Source: Kiritimatiellia bacterium (GTDB lineage Bacteria; Verrucomicrobiota; Kiritimatiellia; RFP12; UBA1067). Taken from it: DNA of 64,000 nt. This document shows positions 19,794 to 28,387 of this stretch, one piece after another. Position 1 is the stretch's first letter. Each line of letters begins with the position of its first letter. The stretch covers positions 71,821-135,820 of the forward strand of contig JBMNFY010000004.1 in NCBI GenBank assembly GCA_050949565.1, given 5' to 3'. The position numbers were made by a program, and so were the translations under genes. The notes under the pieces were generated by a model, which ran no database searches, was not told the origin of the DNA, and saw only the letters and a list, made by a program, of their open reading frames with translations.

Positions 19794-20387
19794 GTGACTT
19801 GCGATTCTGATTCATTGTATGCCCGCGCGGCGGATTTGTTGCGAGCGGGCGGTGTGGTGATTATCCCGACAGACACCGTTTACGGCATTGCGGCGCATCC
19901 GGCGTGCGCCGATGCCGTGGTGCGTATTTGTACGATCAAAGGACGCCCGTCCGGCAAACCGGTCGCGTTGCTCGCAGCCGATCTCGCCGCCGTGCTTGCC
20001 TACGGGGCGGCGTTGCCGCCCGCCGCACGACGTCTGGCGACACGCTTTTGGCCGGGTGCGCTGACGCTGGTGTTGACGTGTGATGACGGTCGCGAGGAGG
20101 GGTTCCGCGTGCCTGATCACGTTGCGACGTGTCGTCTGTTGGCGGCCTGCGGCGGAACGCTCAGGGTGACCAGCGCCAACCTGAGCGGTGCGATGCCCGC
20201 AGTCAGTGCTGTCGAAGCATTGCGGGATGTCGGGCTCGAAGCCGATATGGTCATTGACGGCGGGGTCTGCCCGGGCGGCGTGGCGAGCAGCGTGGTGCGT
20301 GTCCGCCCGGATGGCACGCTGGAGATTCTGCGCGAAGGCGCGATTGATGCTGAGACGATTCAGGGAGAAGTAATAGGTAATAGGTGA
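19794..20387 (+). CDS. tsaC: L-threonylcarbamoyladenylate synthase (Sua5/YrdC)
   Basis: IIPTDTVYGI, IKGRPSGKP, FWPGALTLVL, GFRVPDH, TSANLSG, LREGAI. Confidence 0.92.
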   Translation: MTCDSDSLYARAADLLRAGGVVIIPTDTVYGIAAHPACADAVVRICTIKGRPSGKPVALLAADLAAVLAYGAALPPAARRLATRFWPGALTLVLTCDDGREEGFRVPDHVATCRLLAACGGTLRVTSANLSGAMPAVSAVEALRDVGLEADMVIDGGVCPGGVASSVVRVRPDGTLEILREGAIDAETIQGEVIGNR

Positions 20388-20398
20388 GAGGTTCCTAT

Positions 20399-20422
20399 GG
20401 GAGGGACGAGCGTTGCTCGTCC
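20399..20422 (+). repeat. Single GGAG-footed REP hairpin
   Basis: GGGAG-GGACGAGC-GTT-GCTCGTCC, one mismatch to the first hairpin of the REP doublet found elsewhere. Confidence 0.8.
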
Positions 20423-20511
20423 GCGGCGGCGTTCCACGCCGCCTCACCCGCAGTACCGGCAGTGCCCGCAGCCAGCCCCTCAAAAAATCTGCGTCAATCT
20501 GTGGTTGAAAC

Positions 20512-20547
20512 AAAAAAAGCGCTCCGGAAATTTCCGGAACGCTTTTT
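20512..20547. terminator. Bidirectional intrinsic terminator between convergent tsaC and rpsU
   Basis: AAAAAAAGCGCTCCGGAA-AT-TTCCGGAACGCTTTTT hairpin with A and T tails. Confidence 0.8.
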
Positions 20548-20570
20548 CATTGGGTGACAACCCTGTCCGC

Positions 20571-20777
20571 TTACATCTCGCGCATGGCTCTGCGAGAATT
20601 ATTACGGATGCGGGCGCGTGCCGATTTACGGCGAGCCTTCTCACTCGGTTTCTCGTAATAACGATTATTGCGAAGCTGCTTCAACAGGCCTTCCTTATCC
20701 ATAATCTTCTTCAGGCGCTTGAGAGCACGCTCGACAGACTCGCCCTTCTTCAATCGGAGTTGGATCACGCTTGTCAC
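20571..20777 (-). CDS. rpsU: 30S ribosomal protein bS21
   Basis: GESVERALKRLKK...YYEKPSEKARRK; exact start uncertain. Confidence 0.92.
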   Translation of the reverse strand: MTSVIQLRLKKGESVERALKRLKKIMDKEGLLKQLRNNRYYEKPSEKARRKSARARIRNNSRRAMREM

Positions 20778-20839
20778 CTCCTTTCATCCCCCGTGTCTCG
20801 GCACTAATCTCTCCTACGCCGGACCTCGGGTCAAAAAAA

Positions 20840-20925
20840 TGGTGGTAGGGCTTGGATTCGAACCAAGGAAGGCGTCTGCCAGCAGATTTACAGTCTGCCC
20901 CGGTTGGCCACTTCGGTACCCTACC
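20840..20925 (-). tRNA. tRNA-Tyr(GTA)
   Basis: Reverse complement GGTAGGG...GCAGA-CT-GTA-AA-TCTGC, long variable arm, GTTCGAATC, CCA end. Confidence 0.95.
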
Positions 20926-20941
20926 CGTCAAAAGAGCCGTC

Positions 20942-20970
20942 ACTATCTCAAATCGGCGTGCGTATGTCAA
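20942..20970 (-). promoter_or_regulatory. Putative sigma70 promoter for tRNA-Tyr and rpsU
   Basis: TTGACA-N17-GATAGT on the minus strand. Confidence 0.65.
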
Positions 20971-21125
20971 CGCGGAACGTGATTTTTTTGCGGGGCCGCG
21001 GAGCAGTGTGGCCGCAAAAGCACTGTCCGGTTGTTTCATGCGAAGGCGCGAAAGGCATGGTGGCCTGAAAGGTCATTTCAAAATCGTTTCCGTTTGTTTC
21101 GCGCCGCTTGTGCAGCCCGTTTTCA

Positions 21126-21625
21126 TCATTTGTTGTGTGACAATATCTGTTTTAAGGTTTCGTAGATGTCCTCGGGATTCTCAATATCCCTGACATACAC
21201 ACCCCGGCATTGGGACCTTGCCCGGCTGTTTTCAGAATAATAGTTCCGAGCCCATATTTCTTCTGGATGATCCCTCTGGTCATACTGATTTCTTGGATGT
21301 TGTCGAAACCAATGCTCTTGTTTTCGACATTAAGAAACCCTTCAGCGTATTCCAGCCGGTCGTCGAAGAGCCGATACTCGGTTTGGGAATATGTGTTTTT
21401 CTTTAACACATAAGCAACGAAGGGGATAGCGAAGACAAACAGAATGAAGGCAAGACCAAAGGCAATTTTGATGGGTATTGGGATGCCACCGTTGGTAATG
21501 TGATTCGCAAAGAAACCGAATGCCAGCATGCCGACACCACCAATCACGGAATTGATTGCGATGGGAAAAACAGACATCCAGCCAAGGAACCTAGGCTTCA
21601 ATACGAGTTTTGCTTCAGTCTTCAT
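21126..21625 (-). CDS. AT-rich membrane protein with a bacterial PH (bPH_2) domain; apparent 2-nt frameshift near the 3' end
   Basis: Two TM helices, then YRLFDDRLEYAEGFL...IQEISMTRGIIQKKYGLGTI; removing one TG at ~21198 restores AGVYVRDIENPEDIYETLKQILSHNK*. Confidence 0.75.
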
Positions 21626-21692
21626 TTTCAACCTCGTTCAGCCACCCGCTTCTCGCAATAGGTGTTTTTGGTGCTTCCGCCTGTGATCTTTT

Positions 21693-22679
21693 TCAGTTGG
21701 GAGCTAGCGCCTCGACTTCACGGCGCATGCGCGCGAGATCGTCCGGCTCGATTGTCACTGCGCCCGCACCGGCATTTTCAATTGCGTTGGCGGTTTTGCG
21801 CGCACCGCACAGCACGACCGTGATACCGGGCTGTGCGACGGTCCACGCGATCACGAGTTGGGCCACCGTGCATCCGTATTTCTCGTTGAGCGGTTGCCAG
21901 CCCGCCAGCAGATTCAGCACGCCGCGTCGACGCTCCGGCGCGAACCAGGAGAGTTGGTTGCGGAAGTACTCCGGCGGGAAGACCGTGTCCATCCCGACCT
22001 TGCCGGTGAGCAGGCCCTGCTCCAGCGGCGAGTAGGCCAAGATGGCGATGTCGTGTTCGATGCAGTACGGCAGCAGGTCGTTCTCGATGGTGCGGTCGAG
22101 CATGCTGTAACGCGGCTGGTTGGATACGATCACGCCGGCCGCGCGGTACTCGTCCATTTGTGCCGGTGTACAGTTCGAGACGCCGATCTCGCGGATTTTA
22201 CCTTGCTCACGCAACTCCATCAGACAGGCCATCGTGTCCTCGATCGGAGTCTTGAATGGCTCCAGCGCTTGCGCGTGCGTCTGCATCAAGTCGATGCGGT
22301 CGGTGCCCAACCGGCGCAAGCTGTCTTCGACCTCAATGCGGAGGGTGCGGGGCTCCAGACAGCGGCGCACCGTCTTGCCGTTTTGCTCAAAGTGCAGCGC
22401 GCCGGTGTCGTCGCCCCACCAGAGGCCGCACTTGGTGGCAATCAGAACATCGTCACGCCGGTCTGCGATCGCGCGTCCGACGATCTCTTCGCTATGACCA
22501 AAGCCGTAGACCGGCGCGGTGTCGATCAAGTTGATTCCCGCGTCCAGTGAGGCGTGGATGGCGCGGATCGATTCGGCATCGTCCGATTCTCCCCACCACG
22601 GACCGCCTCCGACCGCCCATGTGCCCAAGGCGACGACCGACGCCTTCAACTCCGATTGACCCAATTGACGATAGTTCAT
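21693..22679 (-). CDS. Aldo/keto reductase
   Basis: LGTWAVGG, IDTAPVYGFGHSEEIVG, IATKCG, SLRRLGTDRIDL, IGVSN, YSPLEQGLL. Confidence 0.93.
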   Translation of the reverse strand: MNYRQLGQSELKASVVALGTWAVGGGPWWGESDDAESIRAIHASLDAGINLIDTAPVYGFGHSEEIVGRAIADRRDDVLIATKCGLWWGDDTGALHFEQNGKTVRRCLEPRTLRIEVEDSLRRLGTDRIDLMQTHAQALEPFKTPIEDTMACLMELREQGKIREIGVSNCTPAQMDEYRAAGVIVSNQPRYSMLDRTIENDLLPYCIEHDIAILAYSPLEQGLLTGKVGMDTVFPPEYFRNQLSWFAPERRRGVLNLLAGWQPLNEKYGCTVAQLVIAWTVAQPGITVVLCGARKTANAIENAGAGAVTIEPDDLARMRREVEALAPN

Positions 22680-22704
22680 GATTTTTCGATCCTTTTTGTT
22701 CTCT

Positions 22705-22805
22705 GAGGGGCTTGCAAAACCCCTTGTGACATGGGCGTCCCGCCCATGAAACACGGGCAAGATGCCCGTGCCACACCTGTAAGCAAGGGGTTTTGCAAGA
22801 GCCTC
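22705..22805. repeat. 101-bp palindromic element: REP doublet inside TTGCAAAACCCC...GGGGTTTTGCAA arms
   Basis: Hairpins CATGGGCG-TCC-CGCCCATG and CACGGGCA-AGA-TGCCCGTG; near-identical copy at 57813-57913. Confidence 0.9.
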
Positions 22806-22812
22806 CTCTGTT

Positions 22813-24204
22813 CTAACGGCTCTTGGTGTACGCTTCCATCAAGGTATGGTACTTGACGATCATGTTCGGCACTTCCCACGCCGGCATGTCGCCGTTTTTG
22901 AGGAAGCCGAGGTATTTCTCCATAACTTGCCCGAAGTGCGCTTCGTGGCCGACCGCGTAGCTTGCCGGAATGTTGATGCGCCAGCCGGTCTCGTGCGCTT
23001 CGAAGCCGACGCCAGGATAGGTTTTGTTCAACGTAGCGATTGCCTCCTTGAGGGCGGCTTCCAGTTCGTCTTTCTTGACGTCCGGCACGCGGCGGGGCTC
23101 GACGTAGAGCACGGGCTTGTATCCTTCGGCCTCGCCCTGCTGGATAATCAGCGAGGAGCGCGTGCCGCGCATCAGCGAGAAGTGCGTGTCGCCCGTGCCC
23201 TCCGGAGCCTGGAAATTCCAGAGCACAGAGGCTTTGGCGTAGACGCCTTTGATCGAATAGGTGAACTCACCGTTTGCCTTGCACTGCAGCACGCCCTTGT
23301 CATCCAGATCTTTCTTCAGGAAGTCCGGCCAGGCGGTGAGCGAAGTGGAGGTCGTGAACTGCTCCAGGGTGATCGGCGTGCTCCAGACGCGCGCCTTCAC
23401 CACGTTGATGTCGGCGGGTGTCAAGGTGACTTCCGGGAACGTTTCCCACTGGATCAGGTCGGTGAGGTGAGTGTTGACGTCGACGATCGCCTCGCCCTGC
23501 TGGGTGGTGTCGTAGTACCACGGCGGGCGCTGCAGCGGCTTGCCGGCCACCAGCTTGCAGAAGTGGTGTACGCTCTCTTTGGTCACCGCCGGATCATCGG
23601 GCGTTCCCTTTTCCTGCTCGCCGTAAACCTTGGGGAAGCGGGAGAGTTCGCGTTGCAGCAGGGTGGTGATCTCGTAGCGCTCGGTCATGATGTCGTAGAG
23701 CATCACGCCCTTCTCGCGCGCCACGTCGAACGCCTGCTTGAGCAGTTCAAAATCTTTGGGTGTGATAGCCATCGGCTTGTCGGCCAGCACGTTGTAGCCG
23801 GCCTGCACACTCTTGAGGATGTACTCGGTTTTGCGCGCATTGTTGCCGGCGAGCACCACGACGTTGCCGGCTTTATCCGCCAGCATCTTTTCAAAGAAAT
23901 CCGCACCGGTGTAGACCTCGCTCTTCCAGGCGGTCGGCTCTTCGGCACGCGTGTTGAAGCCATTGATCCGGTCCATGTGCATCTTGAGGTCGTTGCCTTC
24001 CGGCGCATAAACATGCACGGTGGGCGAGACTCCGGGATACATGCGCTTCTGAACCAGTGCGGCATGGAAATGCCCGGGGTCGAGCGTGATGAGTTTGATG
24101 GTGCCCTCGCAACAAGATTTGCCGCTGCTGGCTTCGGATTTTTTGCCACAACCGGCAAGCAGCACGGCGGCGGCACTGGCACATAGGATGACGTTCGTTT
24201 TCAT
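22813..24204 (-). CDS. Lipoprotein Gfo/Idh/MocA-like oxidoreductase (putative oxidoreductase C-terminal family)
   Basis: Lipobox LLAGC; LDPGHFHAALVQK, VLADKPM, DIMTERYE, ESVHHF, GHEAHF. Confidence 0.85.
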   Translation of the reverse strand: MKTNVILCASAAAVLLAGCGKKSEASSGKSCCEGTIKLITLDPGHFHAALVQKRMYPGVSPTVHVYAPEGNDLKMHMDRINGFNTRAEEPTAWKSEVYTGADFFEKMLADKAGNVVVLAGNNARKTEYILKSVQAGYNVLADKPMAITPKDFELLKQAFDVAREKGVMLYDIMTERYEITTLLQRELSRFPKVYGEQEKGTPDDPAVTKESVHHFCKLVAGKPLQRPPWYYDTTQQGEAIVDVNTHLTDLIQWETFPEVTLTPADINVVKARVWSTPITLEQFTTSTSLTAWPDFLKKDLDDKGVLQCKANGEFTYSIKGVYAKASVLWNFQAPEGTGDTHFSLMRGTRSSLIIQQGEAEGYKPVLYVEPRRVPDVKKDELEAALKEAIATLNKTYPGVGFEAHETGWRINIPASYAVGHEAHFGQVMEKYLGFLKNGDMPAWEVPNMIVKYHTLMEAYTKSR

Positions 24205-24256
24205 GTGTTCCTCGTTTATGGTATGGATTGACGTAACAGGTAAAACAGGATGGCGA

Positions 24257-25666
24257 TTACACCTTGATCTCTAGGTTCGCCGCTTGCAGGGCCTTGGCGA
24301 TGCTGAAAGCACCGCGTTCCTGACAGACCAGCAGGCGGTTAGCCTCCTCGTTGTCGGTGCGTTCGGCTTGCCAGTCCCACTTCAAGCTTTTGCCGGTCTT
24401 CATGCAGAGATGGCCCAAAATGCAGACCGAGGTCGAGCGGTGGCCGATCTCTGCGCTGGTTGCGGCACTGGTGCGGCTGCGGATCGCGTTCAGCCAGTCG
24501 GTGACGTGGTTGTCGCTGACATGCAGCCGCACGGCATTCGAGTCCAGCGGAGCGCTGAGCAACTTTGGGTCGCTCGCGTCGAGCGCCTTGAGGGTCGTGG
24601 CGGGCATCGACGGGTCGCTGGCCGTGACACGCGCGGCACCGCGGCTGACGAAGATCCAGCCCTCGTCGCCGATAAAGCGCACGCCGTTCGGATAGCGGTA
24701 GCAGACGCTGACCTTGATGTCGCCGGGGTAGGTGTAGAGCAGGTCGAACTCACGGTGCGCGTTCCAGAGGCCCTTGTCCATCCACTCGCAGGTGCCCGAC
24801 ACCGCCAGCGGCCCGCGGTCTTCCATGCCGAGGCCCCACTGCACGATGTCCAGATGGTGCGCGCCCCAGTTGGTGATCATGCCCCATCCATACGGCTCCA
24901 TCTGGATCCAGCCGGGGCGGCTGCCGATCTTGGAGGTGTCCTGATTGTGGACGCGGTCTTCGGTGTAGTAGGCGAGCGGGGTCGGGCCGAGCCAGGTGTC
25001 GTAATCCAGATTCTCGGGAACCGGCATCTCTTCCTTGCGGCCGCCGTCCTTGTCCTTGCCGAAGCCGACCTCGACGCGCGTGATGCGGCCGATGCGGCCG
25101 TTGCGCACCAGTTCGCAACCGGTGCGGAACTGTGCGCTGGAGCGCTGCTGCGATCCGACTTGCAAAATGACGCCCTTGCGGCGCACGACCTCAGCCAGAA
25201 TGCGGCCCTCGTGAATCGTCTGTGAAAACGGTTTTTGCAGCCAGATGTCCTTGCCGGCCAGCGCACACTCGACGGCGCAGAGCGCGTGCCAGTGGTCGGG
25301 CACGCAGATCATGACCGCGTCAACATTCCCGTCGCGCAGCATGTCGCGGTAGCAGGCAAAGGTTTTGACCGGTGCGGCGGGGGCTGAACCTTTCGCGTAA
25401 GCGGCATCGACCTTCTGCTGCGCCACGGCGAGGCGCTTTGAGTCCAAGTCGCAGAGCGCGACGATGCGCGCTTGGTCCGGCACTCGCAGAATGCCGGGAA
25501 TCTCCATGCTGGAGGCGATACGTCCGCAACCGATGACGCCGATCTGGATGATGCGGCTGGGTGCCGCTTGCCCCAGAACACGCGCCGGAATGAGGGACGG
25601 CATAGCGAGTGTTGCACCGGCGAGGCTGCCGGCCTGAATGAATTCGCGACGTGTGAGAGATGTCAT
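24257..25666 (-). CDS. Tat-exported Gfo/Idh/MocA oxidoreductase
   Basis: TRREFI, IGVIGCGRI, PDHWHA, LQKP, GSQQRS, NGRIG, WLGPTP, NWGAHHLD. Confidence 0.92.
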   Translation of the reverse strand: MTSLTRREFIQAGSLAGATLAMPSLIPARVLGQAAPSRIIQIGVIGCGRIASSMEIPGILRVPDQARIVALCDLDSKRLAVAQQKVDAAYAKGSAPAAPVKTFACYRDMLRDGNVDAVMICVPDHWHALCAVECALAGKDIWLQKPFSQTIHEGRILAEVVRRKGVILQVGSQQRSSAQFRTGCELVRNGRIGRITRVEVGFGKDKDGGRKEEMPVPENLDYDTWLGPTPLAYYTEDRVHNQDTSKIGSRPGWIQMEPYGWGMITNWGAHHLDIVQWGLGMEDRGPLAVSGTCEWMDKGLWNAHREFDLLYTYPGDIKVSVCYRYPNGVRFIGDEGWIFVSRGAARVTASDPSMPATTLKALDASDPKLLSAPLDSNAVRLHVSDNHVTDWLNAIRSRTSAATSAEIGHRSTSVCILGHLCMKTGKSLKWDWQAERTDNEEANRLLVCQERGAFSIAKALQAANLEIKV

Positions 25667-25680
25667 AACATGCGCTCCAT

Positions 25681-26373
25681 TTATGCGTTTACACTCATCG
25701 ACCACAGTACTCCCTGGATGAGGTGAGTACGGAAGGCCGGATCCTGATAATGCGTTTTCAAATGCCCGAGGGCCGTATAAAAGACTCGCCCGGCACCGTG
25801 ACGGCGGCACCACGCGAGCGGGAAGCTACCGCTTTTGAAGGTGTCGAGTCGTTTGTCGCGCGGCTTTTTTTGCAGACTGGCAACCTCGACCTCGAAGAGA
25901 ACGTGGATGTCAGGCGTGCAGTTGCAGACATAGGCTTCGTCGGTCCACGACCAAGTCGCATCCAGATGCGAGGTAGCCGGATGGCGGCGGTCGTTCACCC
26001 GAATGGTGAAAGGTTGAAGCGGCGGGTGCCACAGAAAGCGTCCTCCCAGCATACGCCGGAACGCCTCTGACTTACGTTCGGAGCCGGTGGCAGAGTGCAG
26101 TCCAACAAAAGCACCGCCACGGTAAACATAGTCGAGTAACGCACCGCGCTGAGCGTCTGCCGAGAACGCCTCATTGTTGGTGTTGGCGAAGATGATCGCC
26201 TTCAGCCCCTTGAGGCGCTCCTCGGTGAACAGCGCGGGGTCATCCGAGGCATCGGCTTTCAGACCGTGCTCCGCGCAAAGCTCGCGTAGCGCGGCCACGC
26301 TGGTCGCGATGTTGTTGTGTACATACCCCTTGCCGTCGGGCGTGTAATTTCGTGTATAGATCAGAATGTCCAT
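25681..26373 (-). CDS. ThuA-like (class I GATase fold) protein
   Basis: GYVHNNI, GGAFVGLHSA, FLWHPP, WTDEAY, GRVFYTALGH. Confidence 0.88.
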   Translation of the reverse strand: MDILIYTRNYTPDGKGYVHNNIATSVAALRELCAEHGLKADASDDPALFTEERLKGLKAIIFANTNNEAFSADAQRGALLDYVYRGGAFVGLHSATGSERKSEAFRRMLGGRFLWHPPLQPFTIRVNDRRHPATSHLDATWSWTDEAYVCNCTPDIHVLFEVEVASLQKKPRDKRLDTFKSGSFPLAWCRRHGAGRVFYTALGHLKTHYQDPAFRTHLIQGVLWSMSVNA

Positions 26374-26374
26374 A

Positions 26375-27812
26375 TCAGAGTTTCATGCCGGCGCGAGCCA
26401 GCGAACGGCGCACGCCGTAAGGCTCGCGTTCGGGGCGCGACAGCGTGGCGTTGGCCTCGGCGTCCCCGACAAACCGTTCGGCTGCCGGATCCCAGATCAG
26501 CGGGCGTTTGAGATTCATCGCGGTATAGGCGAGGATGCAGGCGGTCGTGGTCCGGTGTGCCGTCTCGGGCGAGCACATGGGTCGGGGTGCGCGTGCGGAT
26601 GCCCTCCAGCCAGATGCGGTGGTGGTTCGATGGGTTGCGCGCCAGCGGACGCTCGACCTCGCCTTCGATCAACTCCTTGCGGCTGGCCTCGAGCGGCCGC
26701 CAGCGCCCGTGCTTGCCGCCGGCGCCCGGATCGTTCGCCATGGTTTTGACAGATCCGCGCCCGCAGAAAATCCATCCCTTATCGCCGACGAAGCGCACGC
26801 CGTTGGGGTAGACGCTGTCGTCTGTGACACGTAGCAGCGTGCCGTCCGCATACTCCATGCGGACATCCAGCTTGCCGTGCGCATCCCACAGCCGGCGTTT
26901 AGGGAAATCCGCCCTGCCGCGCACCCTTACCGGCCCCGAGGACTCCATGTCGAGCGCCCACTGAGCAATATCAATATGATGCGCCCCCCAGTTGGCGATC
27001 ATGCCCATGCTGTACGCCTGTATCACCATCCAGCCGGGCCGTCCGAAGTTCGCCTCGCCATCCTTGCCCTGCGGGTGCGTGCGCAACTCGCTGTAGGGTT
27101 CGACCGGCGCGTAGCCCAGCCATTTATCGTAATCCAGCGTGTTGGGCACCGGCTGTATCAGCGGCAGGTCGGCAGGTTCCGGCGGATCCATCGGCAGACC
27201 GATCTCAATGCGCCGCACCGTGCCCAAGCGCCCGTTGCGGACGTATTCGGCCGCCTTGCGGAACTGCGGCCCGAAGGTGCTTTTGCCTTCGGAGCGCTGC
27301 TGCGTGCCGATGTGGAAGATGCGTCCGGTTTTCTGCATGACCGTAGCAATGGCGCGGCTCTCGCTCACCGTCATGGCCAGCGGTTTCTGGACATACACAT
27401 CCTTGCCCGCCAGTGCGGCGTCCACGCACTGTTGCGCGTGCCAGAAGTCGGGCGTGCAAATCATCACGGCGTCGACCGAGCGATCCGCCAGCAGCTCGCG
27501 ATAGTCCTGATACAAGGCGAGTTCGGGCAGGTCGCCGTCAAACAGCTTCACGGTTTTCTTCTGGGTGGTGGTCATCCGCTGCCGATCGCAATCAGAGAGC
27601 GCCACCACCGTTGCGAGATCTTGGTTGAGCCAGACACCGGGAATATCCATACCGCCGGCGATCCGTCCGCACCCGATGATGCCGACCTGGATTTTTTTAG
27701 ATGGCGCCTGCTGTCCCAGCACGCGAGACGGAATGATCGTCGGAAACATCAGCGTTCCGGCAGCCGCGCTTCCTTTCAAAAACTTACGCCGCGAAAACTT
27801 AATCTGCCGCAT
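26375..27812 (-). CDS. Tat-exported Gfo/Idh/MocA oxidoreductase with a 1-nt frameshift at ~26580
   Basis: SRRKFL, IIGCGRI, PDFWHA, YVQKP, GTQQRS, NWGAHHID; the family C-terminus (ETAHRTTTACIL...WDPAAERF..DAEAN) lies in ORF 26375-26578. Confidence 0.85.
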
Positions 27813-27921
27813 AACTCCCCCGTGAATCACTTTACGAAAATACCCAATCGTTGATGCCAATTACTATAACACGGGCGAATGGCGACAACAACCCCGGATT
27901 GTAATCGGTTGCGACCTCCGC

Positions 27922-28268
27922 GGTTAGGGACAAGGGTATGCGAAGGACATGCGTTTCTGATGAAAAGGGGGATACTGGTTTTGGACATGATTTCCCGCTG
28001 CGCGGGCGTATAAAGGTTGTGCCGCGTGTGGCGCGGCGAAAAAATTGGAGTGCGGTGACAAGAGTCGCGCTGTGCGCGGGTCGCGGCACCGCTTTCCCTC
28101 CGCGCACAGCGCGGCTCTTGTCACCGCACAAATTTCGAAAGCAGACACTTGTCCAGTGATAGGCTAAACACCTGTCCTTTAGTTGTAGACCCACGACGTT
28201 CGACTCGCGACTTTCGGCTGGAGCAGCCCCCAAGAAACCTCTGTGTCTCCGTGCCTCCGTGGTGAAAC
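27922..28268. repeat. Intergenic mosaic repeat cluster
   Basis: CTTTTCATCAGAAACGCAT module (inverted, 27922-27970), GGAGTGCGGTGACAAG module 28047-28095 with partial inverted copy 28101-28129, CTCTGTGTCTCCGTGCCTCCGTG repeats. Confidence 0.8.
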
Positions 28269-28387
28269 AACTTTTTTATCGCGCTCATCGAGGGGAGAGC
28301 CTCGACGTTCCGCTTGTTCCGCGCCGGGCGGCGGGCTATAATGCCTCTATTTCCTAACCATTTGTTATTTGTTGAGAAAGTGTCACA

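Noticed and set aside
19659-20925. Prophage or integrative island at the tRNAs (also tRNA-Glu 56272)
   Set aside because: No integrase, and no duplicated tRNA 3' end noticed in the window.
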